IMG/VR virus record: IMGVR_UViG_2049941000_000011
DNA length: 64,000 nt
Source of the DNA: an uncultured virus (IMG/VR IMGVR_UViG_2049941000_000011)
Taxonomy: Duplodnaviria > Heunggongvirae > Uroviricota > Caudoviricetes
Direction: 5' to 3' (one strand)
The notes under the pieces are model-generated. The model ran no database searches, was not told the origin of the DNA, and worked only from the letters and a program-made list of their open reading frames with translations. Position 1 is the stretch's first letter, and every line of letters starts with the position of its first letter. Below, piece after piece: positions 20,949 through 31,310 of the stretch. The position numbers and the translations under genes are program-made.

Positions 20949-20977
20949 ATTATATATGTATTTTTTTATATTGTCAA
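20949..20977 (-). promoter_or_regulatory. Consensus sigmaA promoter directly before the arfA-like gene
   Basis: TTGACA-17-TATAAT; the ATG at 20941 follows the -10 box after 7 nt. Confidence 0.85.
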
Positions 20978-21177
20978 TAAATATCATCATTAACACATTT
21001 CGCTATCGCATCTCCGACCAATATTGTCCCAGAGAAGAGGAATATGCCTGTCATAACTTTTACCCATAGCGGGGCATAGAGGAAAATCAAAGAAATACCA
21101 ATTACAACCACAGCAATGAGCATGGTTATCAATATTGCAAATAACCATGATTTTAAATTAGATTTAAATTCTTCCAT
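20974..21177 (-). CDS. Small two-TM membrane protein
   Basis: AGGAG SD before MEEFK; two hydrophobic segments. Confidence 0.65.
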   Translation of the reverse strand: MEEFKSNLKSWLFAILITMLIAVVVIGISLIFLYAPLWVKVMTGIFLFSGTILVGDAIAKCVNDDIY

Positions 21178-21185
21178 ATATACTC

Positions 21186-21485
21186 CTAAATGAAATAGAT
21201 TGGTAATAAACAATAATGTAACACTTGGTCCGTAACATAACTAATCTTTTTGAATCTGGCCTTTGAAACGTCAATAATTATATGACTGATAAAGATAATA
21301 GCTAAATGCCAAGTAATTCCGAATGCAAAGATGAACGGCAAACAATACAGGGCACAATGCACTAATAGATGGTAATAATTACTTCCCTTAGTTTGTGCTA
21401 TGTAATCGCACTGTAAGACATAATCACCCACTAAGTGACAAAGAATTAATGTAATCAATGTTTTAATGATATCCATAATTAACAA
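21186..21485 (-). CDS. DUF3307-like membrane protein
   Basis: HLVGDYVLQ...K, HCALY, SHIIID, DQVLH motifs. Confidence 0.75.
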   Translation of the reverse strand: MLIMDIIKTLITLILCHLVGDYVLQCDYIAQTKGSNYYHLLVHCALYCLPFIFAFGITWHLAIIFISHIIIDVSKARFKKISYVTDQVLHYCLLPIYFI

Positions 21486-21853
21486 GTCACTCTCTTCTTA
21501 CTGTGGGGACAATAATCACAAGGGCTATCTCCTGCCACTGGATTACCGAACGCATCTTTTGGACCGCCGTTATTTGGGCAAGAAGCACAATGATCAGATT
21601 TGACATAGTATCCTAAACTAATGTTGGGATCCACGACAATCTCATTAAGATCGGGAGAGGTGGTGGTATCATGAAAGATCACCTTACCGCACTCTGGACA
21701 CACAACATATCGTTTAAATTGACATGGATAAGTAGTTAAACAAATAGTTCCATCTACTTTCAAATCTGATTCTGCAAATTCAAACTCGCATCCGCATTCT
21801 GGACAAGTTGTTTTTAGTCTGGGATTCTTCCCGTGCTTTAAGACTTTGATCAT
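21479..21853 (-). CDS. Cys-rich zinc-ribbon protein
   Basis: CPECGC, CPECG, CASCP, CDYCP; GGAGG SD before MIKVL. Confidence 0.7.
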   Translation of the reverse strand: MIKVLKHGKNPRLKTTCPECGCEFEFAESDLKVDGTICLTTYPCQFKRYVVCPECGKVIFHDTTTSPDLNEIVVDPNISLGYYVKSDHCASCPNNGGPKDAFGNPVAGDSPCDYCPHSKKRVTC

Positions 21854-21866
21854 ATATATTATCCTC

Positions 21867-22133
21867 CTAAATATGAACATGACATAACCAATAAATAAAT
21901 TGGCATATCCACCAAATTGGCATTATTATCAAACATATCGCGGATGTCAAGATACATCCGAATAAATTCATTTTATTATTTTCCCTACGATATAAATACC
22001 AAGGCAGCATGCTGTATTTTGCAAAACAATTCTTATCGTCAGCATTAACTAGATAACCTATACTATAAGTTAGATTACATACAAAGAAGAGTGCTGCATA
22101 AATGCAAAGAATAATTATTAAAATCGGGTTCAT
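21867..22133 (-). CDS. Small membrane protein (paralog of 22144..22371)
   Basis: MLPW...MNLFGCI...PIW...FIYWLCH. Confidence 0.7.
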   Translation of the reverse strand: MNPILIIILCIYAALFFVCNLTYSIGYLVNADDKNCFAKYSMLPWYLYRRENNKMNLFGCILTSAICLIIMPIWWICQFIYWLCHVHI

Positions 22134-22143
22134 TTTTTACCTC

Positions 22144-22371
22144 CTAAATATGAAACAACCAATAGAAGAATCTTGTAATCCATATTGGTGCAAATAATAC
22201 AAACGCTAGTACAGAAACAACAATACATCCTGCTAGATTCATGTCAGTATCATCATGTAAATCCCAAGGTAACATAGCATAGAAACGTATGTCAAGAGAT
22301 ACGGATATAATAATCATAACAAATGAAAGTGCACAATATCCAATTATAATTGCTGGTAAAATATCAATCAT
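22144..22371 (-). CDS. Small membrane protein (paralog of 21867..22133)
   Basis: MLPW...MNLAGCI...PIW...FFYWLFH; GGAGG SD before MIDIL. Confidence 0.7.
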   Translation of the reverse strand: MIDILPAIIIGYCALSFVMIIISVSLDIRFYAMLPWDLHDDTDMNLAGCIVVSVLAFVLFAPIWITRFFYWLFHI

Positions 22372-22375
22372 TATG

Positions 22376-22627
22376 CTACCTCCATCCCCAATCGAGTCTC
22401 CACCAGCCAAATATGGTTTCCTTATAAATAAAGCTAATACCTTTTAAATCATTCTTTTCACATTCAGTCAGAGGAAGGTATACGCCATCATATTTGAGAT
22501 GAGTATCATTCTTAAAGAAATCGGCTATTCTGTCCACAGGATCGTCTTCATCTTTCATAATAAATCCTATACATAGATATGCATCGGGTGTCACCCCAGA
22601 ACATTTATAATATCTCTTTTTCTTCAT
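22376..22627 (-). CDS. Hypothetical protein
   Basis: ATGA-coupled to the upstream ORF. Confidence 0.6.
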   Translation of the reverse strand: MKKKRYYKCSGVTPDAYLCIGFIMKDEDDPVDRIADFFKNDTHLKYDGVYLPLTECEKNDLKGISFIYKETIFGWWRLDWGWR

Positions 22628-23007
22628 AAATAGTAATCGTCCTCGTCTTCAAAATCTACTCTTGATGATCTTACCATGTCATTGATAATTCTTCCAAAAA
22701 TTGTATCAACACGATCTTCATCTATATCATCTTCTTCAGCTGTATCGCCGAGCCAAATTTCATATGCAGCTGCTTTCAAATGTTTATCATAATCATTATA
22801 GAAGATATTTCTCCTAGCAGCTTCATCAAATATGTCATCTAGAGCTTTTTGATTATTCTTTAAAAAGCGAACGTTACCTTTCCTATTGGCTACAGCGAAG
22901 GCAATATTCTTAAGATATTCATCATCAATCTCAGAAAAATCATAATATCTATTGCCACGGATATCTATCCAAACAGGTTGTTTACTTAGTTCCATATTTT
23001 TTTTCAT
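22624..23007 (-). CDS. Hypothetical protein with acidic C-terminus
   Basis: TAATG-coupled to the upstream lipoprotein gene. Confidence 0.65.
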   Translation of the reverse strand: MKKNMELSKQPVWIDIRGNRYYDFSEIDDEYLKNIAFAVANRKGNVRFLKNNQKALDDIFDEAARRNIFYNDYDKHLKAAAYEIWLGDTAEEDDIDEDRVDTIFGRIINDMVRSSRVDFEDEDDYYL

Positions 23008-23390
23008 TACCCCCAAATGAAGTCAGGTGTTGTCCAGAATAATCTAATTTCCCAATGATATGGATCTGTGGTAGCATTTTCTGTTTGTTGAACTAAATAA
23101 CAAACTTCGCCCCCTAAGAAACAATAATGTTTTTTAAATTGATTTTCACCTGTTTTAATGGTAATAGCTAATTCGTCAGTAGCACTGTTTGAAATAGAAA
23201 TTAATCCTTCTACTTCTAATAAAATTTTATCTGTTCTTAAGTTAACTAAGCTGAATGTTCTATATAGTTCGAAAGCATCGGCTTGTTTTGATAAATTGTG
23301 ATTGACGACATCTGCCTTATCATCATACAAACACCCTGTAAGACCAAGACAAGTCATTACGCTTAATAAGAATAATTTTAATTTTTTCAT
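23007..23390 (-). CDS. Phage lipoprotein
   Basis: Signal peptide MKKLKLFLLSVMTCLGLTG-C (lipobox). Confidence 0.75.
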   Translation of the reverse strand: MKKLKLFLLSVMTCLGLTGCLYDDKADVVNHNLSKQADAFELYRTFSLVNLRTDKILLEVEGLISISNSATDELAITIKTGENQFKKHYCFLGGEVCYLVQQTENATTDPYHWEIRLFWTTPDFIWG

Positions 23391-23536
23391 TTTCTTTTTA
23401 CCTTCTTTCTTGAACAAGTTATAATTTTTGGAACAATCATGTAATATTTATGATGTTCTCTTATTAATAGAGGCTCTTCTTTAAGCTTCCATAATTTTTT
23501 AAGTGGATAATGTATTACTCTATATTTCATAAACAC

Positions 23537-23719
23537 CTACTTACTATCTAAATAAAACACTGTGCCCCATATAATAAACGTTATAACATTTAGAACGTAC
23601 GACATTAATATTGTAGCTTGTATGTGTTCAATAATACCTATAATGAAGCATACAAGACCAGTAGCGACAAGAAGCCAGCATAGTATACTTAGACCCAATA
23701 AAGACTTATTTCTTTTCAT
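23537..23719 (-). CDS. Small two-TM membrane protein
   Basis: Two hydrophobic helices; SD present. Confidence 0.6.
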   Translation of the reverse strand: MKRNKSLLGLSILCWLLVATGLVCFIIGIIEHIQATILMSYVLNVITFIIWGTVFYLDSK

Positions 23720-24051
23720 TTTTACTTTCCCTCTTATCTACACTGAGATTGAATTGTTTAAGTAAAGAATAAATAGCTTTTGCAAGATTATGAATTTCTT
23801 TTTTATTTAATGTTTTTAAATAATATTTATAGAAACCCATTTTTAAGAAGAATTTTTCTCCAGATATTTTGAACGATAAGTGATCTTTATCAGGATAATC
23901 ATCAAGGATAAATCCAATATTCATTAAATCATCTGGCTTATTTTTCNNNNNNNNNNTCTGAAGCTTTTTGTTTATAATTACACTCAGTAGAATCATCTAA
24001 GTAATTAATAATAAGTTGCTCAACATCTTTAATTTTTTGCTTTGTCATAAT

Positions 24052-24459
24052 CTACCTCTGTAAGACTTTAAGATCAAACTTACTTTTAATAAAGTCTTCA
24101 CATAGTTTACTGTTTATACCGTTGCCTAAATGTTGATAAATGGCTTCAAAGTCCTCTTTTGAGAAAGAAGTTTTAAGATATTCATTTATCCCATTTCTCA
24201 CATATTCTTGAACAATACTGCTGACTTGAGCTCCGCCAGGTTCAGTTTTGCATGCGTGTCTTGACCAGTACTCTAATACTTTTCTTTTAACATCTAATGC
24301 AGACTTACAGTTAGCAAGATTGAAATAATAATTACAATATAAATTTCTACCCTTACCATGCCAGAATCCGTAATTACTATCGACATCAACAGGATTTACT
24401 GGATGGCATATAACTAATTCTAAACAGCTATTAATAAATCCTTCTTCAAAATATTCCAA
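24052..24459 (-). CDS. Hypothetical phage protein (start uncertain)
   Basis: KRKVLEYWSR...IYQHLGNGIN ORF in the accessory array. Confidence 0.6.
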   Translation of the reverse strand: MEYFEEGFINSCLELVICHPVNPVDVDSNYGFWHGKGRNLYCNYYFNLANCKSALDVKRKVLEYWSRHACKTEPGGAQVSSIVQEYVRNGINEYLKTSFSKEDFEAIYQHLGNGINSKLCEDFIKSKFDLKVLQR

Positions 24460-24503
24460 GAGCTTGAAAGCTTCTTTTCTTACTTCAATATTTTCAATAT
24501 CTT

Positions 24504-24764
24504 CTAAAGTTTTANNNNNNNNNNTTTATATTTCTCATAAGAAGTTTTATCAACCTCTTTGTCGCCATAATTTTCTAATGTGAAATAATAAACTTTTTTG
24601 CTCATAGGTGTCTCAAAGAACCAACTTGCAACATTATTCAATTCACTGCGTATTTCCTTATTAACGATTATATCTTCGTATTTTGTTTTGGACTTTTCTT
24701 CATATCCACATCCACTTAATGTAAGTGTTAATAAGCTAATCGCTAGTAATTTTAATTTTTTCAT
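24504..24764 (-). CDS. Phage lipoprotein (3' end affected by gap)
   Basis: MKKLKLLAISLLTLTLSG-C lipobox. Confidence 0.7.
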   Translation of the reverse strand: MKKLKLLAISLLTLTLSGCGYEEKSKTKYEDIIVNKEIRSELNNVASWFFETPMSKKVYYFTLENYGDKEVDKTSYEKYKXXXXKL

Positions 24765-25203
24765 TTTCTTCTACCTCAATTTTACTATAATTATCTCTGT
24801 TCGCAATAATATTACAAATTAGTTTGAAGGCATCTTTTGTCGTATTTAATGTTTCAGGACACCAGTACGCAACCTCGTCTAATTCTTTAATACCGCCGAT
24901 ATCTCCGCCTTTGGATTGATATTCTCTGTAGGTTTCTTTTAGTGAATAATAGTCCCCAGTTTCTAAAGTTTTGTCCATCAATTTCGCTACGTGACATGCT
25001 TTATCTACGCAACAGGATCGTCCTTCTTTATTCTCGAAATAATGTTCTAGAATATATTTGAAGATAGAGATTCTATCCCTAAAGATACGTTCATAACGGA
25101 AATATTCATATAAGTCAGGTTTGGCATGTTCGGGGCTTAATTTTATAATAGCCTCTATTACTTTTTTTATATCTTCTTCATTANNNNNNNNNNCATTAAC
25201 CAT
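24736..25203 (-). CDS. Hypothetical protein
   Basis: ORF in accessory array, N gap near the start. Confidence 0.6.
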   Translation of the reverse strand: MVNXXXXNEEDIKKVIEAIIKLSPEHAKPDLYEYFRYERIFRDRISIFKYILEHYFENKEGRSCCVDKACHVAKLMDKTLETGDYYSLKETYREYQSKGGDIGGIKELDEVAYWCPETLNTTKDAFKLICNIIANRDNYSKIEVEENEKIKITSD

Positions 25204-25878
25204 AACTATTCACCTTTTATTGCATCTCGACCAAAGTCTAAATCCCCCTTAACAGACAATCTCCCATCGTAGAAACCATCTCCGTATGCTTGTTTTATCA
25301 TCAACGCTGTTTTAACGTCTGGAATATTATAAGCAATAGTGTTACGACCCCCGTCAATTTCACTAATAACGCTGAAATTANNNNNNNNNNCGTCTTTAGC
25401 AATAACCATAATATTATTATAAATTTCAAATTCCATATTTTTCTCCTTTTCTATAAACCTGACATTGCGATTAAACCAATTACAGACATAAAACCTATTA
25501 CACCTGATACAATAGCAATTATTTTGCTTTTCTTGGTCCATCCTTTGTTTTCAGCTTCTGCACCAATAAGGACACAGAAACATGTTCCTACCGCGAATAA
25601 TATTATAAATAGGACAGATAAGAATGTTTTTGCTAATTCACTCATATTTTATACCCCCAGTCTAATTCGCCGTTGTCCTTAATCGGAATTGAATCCTTTT
25701 CTTCAAAGGAATATTTAATTAATTCAGAAGAATTTTTATCCTTTAAAAATTCAATTTTATCAAGAGCAGATTTTTTATCGAAANNNNNNNNNNCTGCTTT
25801 GGAAAGAAATATATCCACCAAGCCAACCACCGTCTGATATTCTACACCATTGTTCCTTATAAATTATATATACCATAT

Positions 25879-26172
25879 TTAATCTCTCCCCTTGTCTTTA
25901 GACATAAAACTCCAAACATCTAGCTCATCTCCGCAAAAGAACTTTGTGCCGTTAGCCATAATAATTCTGTATCCAGAAATTGCGCTTCCGTCGAGCTGAT
26001 TGTGTAAAATACAAGATTCAATAGATTCTATGTATTGCTCATTTATATATACTTCTTTTGGAAGTGTTTGAGGATACTTAGGATTTGTATATATATTTTT
26101 TGCCAAACTGCCGCGAGATCCATCATACTCTTCATCCTGACGAGGATAAGGTAAATATCTTTTTACTACCAT
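25879..26172 (-). CDS. Hypothetical protein
   Basis: ORF in accessory array. Confidence 0.6.
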   Translation of the reverse strand: MVVKRYLPYPRQDEEYDGSRGSLAKNIYTNPKYPQTLPKEVYINEQYIESIESCILHNQLDGSAISGYRIIMANGTKFFCGDELDVWSFMSKDKGRD

Positions 26173-26179
26173 AACACCA

Positions 26180-26668
26180 TTACCTCAAATCTTTCAACAT
26201 ACGCCATTCGAAATCACTATATATTTTCCATCCAAATAACTCGAATATCTTTGTTGTTTCTTCGAATGCGAAGTCTTTGGGACTGCCAATAATAATACCA
26301 CCCATATCAATAATACTTTTACTATCGTCAGGGACAAGTTCTATTTTTTTCCCGACAGAGATAGATTGTGCGCATACTCGACCGACGTTCGCCTGGTTAA
26401 TATCTGCTCTGTTAATATCTGCTCTATCTGTCGTTGATACATCAGTATGTATATTTTGAGCTCTCAATGCTGTACAATCCATGTCGTCTATTTCTGCTTT
26501 AGCAAGATGCGCGTTTTCAATTTCTGTGTGGCCCATTAAACTAGTGGTTCTTGTTCTCAATACAGCACTTTGAGCATCGACATCCAAGTCAAACCCCCCA
26601 GACGTCAAACTTTCACATACTACTCGTTGAATTATTTTCTTTTCTACTCCAGGAATACTAAATCCCAT
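26180..26668 (-). CDS. Hypothetical protein with short 5-aa repeats
   Basis: RADINRADINQANV periodicity; first gene after promoter 26699-26727. Confidence 0.6.
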   Translation of the reverse strand: MGFSIPGVEKKIIQRVVCESLTSGGFDLDVDAQSAVLRTRTTSLMGHTEIENAHLAKAEIDDMDCTALRAQNIHTDVSTTDRADINRADINQANVGRVCAQSISVGKKIELVPDDSKSIIDMGGIIIGSPKDFAFEETTKIFELFGWKIYSDFEWRMLKDLR

Positions 26669-26698
26669 AATTTACCTTCTTTCTTCTTAGACAACAAT

Positions 26699-26727
26699 AT
26701 TATAAATGGATTAATTTTAAAAAGCAA
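26699..26727 (-). promoter_or_regulatory. sigmaA-type promoter starting the accessory region
   Basis: TTGCTT-17-TATAAT right after a terminator. Confidence 0.65.
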
Positions 26728-26728
26728 T

Positions 26729-26761
26729 AAAAAAAGAAGGACTGCTCGCGCAATCCTCCTT
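26729..26761 (-). terminator. Intrinsic terminator at the end of the tail operon
   Basis: GGAGGATTGC-GCGA-GCAGTCCTTC followed by T7. Confidence 0.85.
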
Positions 26762-26773
26762 CAAGATTGATGA

Positions 26774-27235
26774 TTATAAAAGAATAAAATCATCTATAGG
26801 TATGTCTATGAGTTCTTGATTATTAACCTTTGCGGGGTTAAAATTATGAAAAATTGTTTCATCATTGACCACAGTGATTGTTTTGTAGTGGTTATGGTTC
26901 TCTGTGGCTATATTAATTAAAATATCTTTCCACAGTGAAAAATCACTAGATAATCTAACATAAATAGTGTCTGAACAGAACGAATATTGCCCTCTAAGAG
27001 CGGATGTTCTTATACGACAGAATTCCTTATTAAGTTCTTCATAGATATAAGTATTNNNNNNNNNNNNNNNNNNNNNAAGCTTAATTTTATTGTTTTGAGT
27101 ATTTTCTTGAAAAAAATAAAGACTATCTGCAGTTAAACACCTATCTTTTAATATATAAGGATGTATATTATGTTCACATTCAAAAATCATTCCGTCATTT
27201 CTGACCATATAGGCCCAAGCTTGTTTTAAATACAT
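26774..27235 (-). CDS. Hypothetical protein
   Basis: GAGG SD before MYLKQAW; contains an N gap. Confidence 0.55.
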   Translation of the reverse strand: MYLKQAWAYMVRNDGMIFECEHNIHPYILKDRCLTADSLYFFQENTQNNKIKLXXXXXXXNTYIYEELNKEFCRIRTSALRGQYSFCSDTIYVRLSSDFSLWKDILINIATENHNHYKTITVVNDETIFHNFNPAKVNNQELIDIPIDDFILL

Positions 27236-27249
27236 AATTTGTACCTCAC

Positions 27250-30200
27250 TTATACATTTGAATGTAAATTTGTGCAATAAACAGAGTTCGAATCAGTAAT
27301 CGATACTGTTTTGCGATTTGAAGAACTTGTCCCAGTTATATTGTTTAGAGTAATACGCTCTCTATTAACAAAAGATGAAGACGTTGATCTAACGTTTAAA
27401 TATTGACATCCTTGTATAAAAACCTGGTTCATAGATACATTAGTAGTACCCATATCCAGGTAATAACAGTCGTCAATAGTAAAACTGTAAATATCTGCAT
27501 CATTCTGAAAAGTGATATGGTTACAGTTTGTAACACTCGCAGACCCAAAACTTGGGTGATTAAAATTACTATAAGAGACATTATCGAAACGTAAACGATT
27601 TGTATAATATCCATATATATTAACAGATTCACAATACCCAGTAAAACGCATATCTCCACCCGTAGCTTGAAATGTTTCTGTGTCTCGAACACCAATAGAA
27701 ATATTTCGGCATTCAGGGCCAAAATATATATCAGACGAATAATACCAATAATAACGTAAATAGCATATTTTTCGAGGAAATACAATCCATGAACTGTTCG
27801 GAATTGAGTATACATGCTCCGTATGATTTGTCTCAATAACACAATTACGCGCTAAATAAGATATGCCTTCACCTGAATTTGCCAACTCTGTAGTAACATC
27901 TACAACTACGTCATTGTACTTTTCACAAAAAGTATAATATTTAGCAACACTAACAGTAGCCCCATATGGTGTTTGGTTAATATATGCCAAATTCTTAAAA
28001 TCATAAGGGCAACGATTTCCATTATCATCTTCTAACTCATCTAACACATATCCGTTAATTGTGTAACTTGATACGGTAGTAAGATAGGGTCCGAGTTTAC
28101 CTTTCCATTTGCTAATATCACAATTATGAAAATATGTGTCTCCAGCGTGTTTTCTAAATAAAACATTTCTATTTAACTCTGTAGAAGAAGTTGCAAGAAC
28201 TAAAATATCAAATTGATGACCTTGCATTGTAAAGCCGTTACCGCTCCATGTCGGCGCGTAATCAGTAATAGCATACCATTGTCCAGGAGTTAGAGTACCA
28301 TTAGATTCTAGAGAATGCAAATACGCTTGTGAGCATTCAATGAGTCCACTTCCTCCACCACCTCCGCCACCATCTAAGGCGATTGTTTGATTACTGCCTT
28401 GATTTGTAGAAAAAGAGCCCTTTACAACGCCGTTTTGAGTGAATGTGATTATTGCGTCATTGACTGTAGGAATCTCTGTTATTTTGGCTAAACGTTGATT
28501 GTTAGCATATACATCGTTAGGAAAGAAAGCATTTTGTGAAGTATCATAACTATATAAATGCCCTGTGGTTGCTAGATTTGAAGGAGCAGCCCATGCATTT
28601 TCACCGAAAATTCTGAGAGCATATATATTAGCTGTTGTCAAGTAGTCTGGATCTAATTGTCCATTAGTGAATGTTAAGCGTAATTGCCAATAATTGCCAT
28701 ATTGGCCATCCCAACCTCCTAATGTTCCTAAAATTAAAGGAATATCATTCCATCCACTCCATCCAGCAAGATTATAAGTGCCATATGTTTCCCATGGACC
28801 ATCATGCTCAAAATCTTCTCCTGTTCTGCATTCGACTAATACAGTCATAGTGCCAGAAGAAGCCATATTGATTAACATTTTACGAGGGTTAGTGTAGAAA
28901 TAACAATCTCCATCACACCCTGTAAGAGTAATTCTGGTTTTAGATCCTACAGCTCGAGCCACACTTCCATCATCTGTACCGACAGGAATATCTCCTGAAG
29001 TGGTGCATAAAGCTATTTTTCCATCATCCGATACAGACATTGGAGACCAAGTCGATCCGTCTGTGGAATATTCGATTGAAATAGCAGCTGGATCTACATA
29101 TGCAATTCGATTTGCCGAATGTTCTGAAGACAGCGCCATACCGATTGGAGAGACTTCTCCAACCTTATTACCGCCACCCCATTGTAAATATTCTTCATAT
29201 GAATTAGCATCTGTTAATAAAGTGCCATCCGTATCTGGAAAACCATATGTACGTCTAGAAGTTAATGAGTTTGTCGTTAATTGAGCGACGCTGCCATTTC
29301 TCCCTTGGGTTACTAAAGATATATAGCCTCCGTCAGTACGGAAAATTAAATCATCACCACTGAGAAAATCAAATGTAGCGTCACCTACACCAAAATTAAT
29401 AGAAACGTTGCTATTATTAGTGCTGATATAATATTCTTGCGCGGAAAAATTTAAAGAACTATCATCTGCATCAAAATAAATATCAGCAAAAACAGAACCT
29501 GGATTACTCAAAGATCCTGAGCGACCATATAAATAACAACTGCCTCCAGAGCCACAATAAAAAATTATATCGCTATCACTTTGTATATTCGTAGAATCAT
29601 ATGTTACTTCAACACCTGTATAAGAAACATCCGCATCAAAGACTTTGCTTCCAGTGATTGTTTGCGCCGTATCTAAAGTAACATAATGAGATAAATCTAC
29701 AGTTGGTGGTAAATAATACGTACCATCAAATTTAATACTAGTTATTGTAGCAGTTGTAGCACCACTAGGAATAGTTGAATTGATTTCTAAATATGGGTCG
29801 CCATCTGGATTGAGTAATTCATTTCCGAATTGTAAATCATTCCCTACAGTAACGCTGCTATATACATTCAGACTTCCACCCGTTATATCAAGATCCGCAT
29901 TCGTAATTCGTACGTCATTGTCGAATGTAGCATTACCCTCGACAGTTAAATTACCGCGCGTGCTAATATCACCCGTAACACCAAGGTCGTTGTCAACATA
30001 GCAGTCGTTAAAAATTTCAACTTGCCCAGAGTTAGCGTCACCCAAATTAATACTATTGAATCCTGTAAATGTTAAATCACCGCCAACACCATCCATACAA
30101 ATATCGGCGTTGGTTTCTGCATACATTTCGCCCACTTTTGTGGTAGTATAATAAAAGCTAAAAGAGCCTGTCGTCTCTAAATTACTTCCTTTAACCTTAC

Positions 30201-30375
30201 CGTTAAATGTTGTATCAGCGCTAAACGTTTTCGCCCCAGTAATTGTTTCTGTCCCCGCTTTGTGGACAACTCCATCTAAAGTTGTTGATAAGTTGTCCAC
30301 GTCTTGGATTCTTACTTTAGGAAATAAATTATCCGTTTTTGCTTTATTTTGTAATTGAATTTGTTTATCTGCCAT
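27250..30375 (-). CDS. Tail fibre / receptor-binding protein
   Basis: ETITGAKTF and QTITGSKVF fibre repeats, beta-strand repeats, Gly linker, parallel-beta-like C-terminus. Confidence 0.8.
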   Translation of the reverse strand: MADKQIQLQNKAKTDNLFPKVRIQDVDNLSTTLDGVVHKAGTETITGAKTFSADTTFNGKVKGSNLETTGSFSFYYTTTKVGEMYAETNADICMDGVGGDLTFTGFNSINLGDANSGQVEIFNDCYVDNDLGVTGDISTRGNLTVEGNATFDNDVRITNADLDITGGSLNVYSSVTVGNDLQFGNELLNPDGDPYLEINSTIPSGATTATITSIKFDGTYYLPPTVDLSHYVTLDTAQTITGSKVFDADVSYTGVEVTYDSTNIQSDSDIIFYCGSGGSCYLYGRSGSLSNPGSVFADIYFDADDSSLNFSAQEYYISTNNSNVSINFGVGDATFDFLSGDDLIFRTDGGYISLVTQGRNGSVAQLTTNSLTSRRTYGFPDTDGTLLTDANSYEEYLQWGGGNKVGEVSPIGMALSSEHSANRIAYVDPAAISIEYSTDGSTWSPMSVSDDGKIALCTTSGDIPVGTDDGSVARAVGSKTRITLTGCDGDCYFYTNPRKMLINMASSGTMTVLVECRTGEDFEHDGPWETYGTYNLAGWSGWNDIPLILGTLGGWDGQYGNYWQLRLTFTNGQLDPDYLTTANIYALRIFGENAWAAPSNLATTGHLYSYDTSQNAFFPNDVYANNQRLAKITEIPTVNDAIITFTQNGVVKGSFSTNQGSNQTIALDGGGGGGGSGLIECSQAYLHSLESNGTLTPGQWYAITDYAPTWSGNGFTMQGHQFDILVLATSSTELNRNVLFRKHAGDTYFHNCDISKWKGKLGPYLTTVSSYTINGYVLDELEDDNGNRCPYDFKNLAYINQTPYGATVSVAKYYTFCEKYNDVVVDVTTELANSGEGISYLARNCVIETNHTEHVYSIPNSSWIVFPRKICYLRYYWYYSSDIYFGPECRNISIGVRDTETFQATGGDMRFTGYCESVNIYGYYTNRLRFDNVSYSNFNHPSFGSASVTNCNHITFQNDADIYSFTIDDCYYLDMGTTNVSMNQVFIQGCQYLNVRSTSSSFVNRERITLNNITGTSSSNRKTVSITDSNSVYCTNLHSNV

Positions 30376-30395
30376 AATTTATCTCCTTTTACATT

Positions 30396-31295
30396 TTAAT
30401 GTTCTTTTTTTAATTCATCGACTTCTTTACGAAGCTTTTTAACTTCTTCAAGCAATAAAAAGACGATTTTATCTTCTTCAATACCTAAATACCCGTCTTT
30501 ATTTTCACGCACGATTTCAGGACAAATTTTTTGTAAATCTTGTGCCATACAACCAATATTATTTTTTTTACCATTAATAAAATCATATTTATAAAGTGGT
30601 AAGTCTAAAATTGATTTTTTAGCACTGAATGGTGTAATATTCTCTTTTAAACGACGATCGGAGGTTTGAATAAAAGCACTTGCGTACATTAATTCTGCAT
30701 GTACGTCATAACTGTCTACAACAACGTCGGAGTCAATTGCAACTTGATTTGAATAAATTGTAACGCCTCGCCCTGTTTCTGTGCTAGCGATATGTAATCC
30801 AGGCTCCGTATGACCGCCGGGGACAATAACACCCAATCCAAAACCATACGATTGATTATTATAAGTATGATAAAACTTAATTCTCTCATAAGAATTAGTG
30901 TTAGAAGTTATTGTTAAAAAACCGTTATTAATTATAAACATGCCTGTCTGTTCAATTCTTAATGTACCGAAATTGGTAACTGTAAGGACTTCACCGTTAT
31001 TACCAACAGTTAATTGACCATCAAAATGATGCATATTTAAATGACTATATCCAATGTTGCCATTTGCATCTATAACATTTAAACATTGATATTGACTACC
31101 AGAACGCAACTCCTTTGTTTTCGCGTTAGTTCCATTAAGCTTACCGACACCAACATAAAGACTACCATTTTGAGTAAGTGTATTTTTACTTTCCATTTGC
31201 ATTCTCATAATGTCAGCTCTCAACCCTGAATCTATCACAACATTATTATCGCCATCCTTAGATGAATGTTGTGGCGTAATTGTTTGTCTTGCCAT
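30396..31295 (-). CDS. Tail spike/fibre with intramolecular chaperone (peptidase S74) domain
   Basis: TSDRRLKENI...GCMAQDLQKICPEIV...C-terminal coiled coil. Confidence 0.85.
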   Translation of the reverse strand: MARQTITPQHSSKDGDNNVVIDSGLRADIMRMQMESKNTLTQNGSLYVGVGKLNGTNAKTKELRSGSQYQCLNVIDANGNIGYSHLNMHHFDGQLTVGNNGEVLTVTNFGTLRIEQTGMFIINNGFLTITSNTNSYERIKFYHTYNNQSYGFGLGVIVPGGHTEPGLHIASTETGRGVTIYSNQVAIDSDVVVDSYDVHAELMYASAFIQTSDRRLKENITPFSAKKSILDLPLYKYDFINGKKNNIGCMAQDLQKICPEIVRENKDGYLGIEEDKIVFLLLEEVKKLRKEVDELKKEH

Positions 31296-31310
31296 ATATA
31301 ATCCTCCTTA

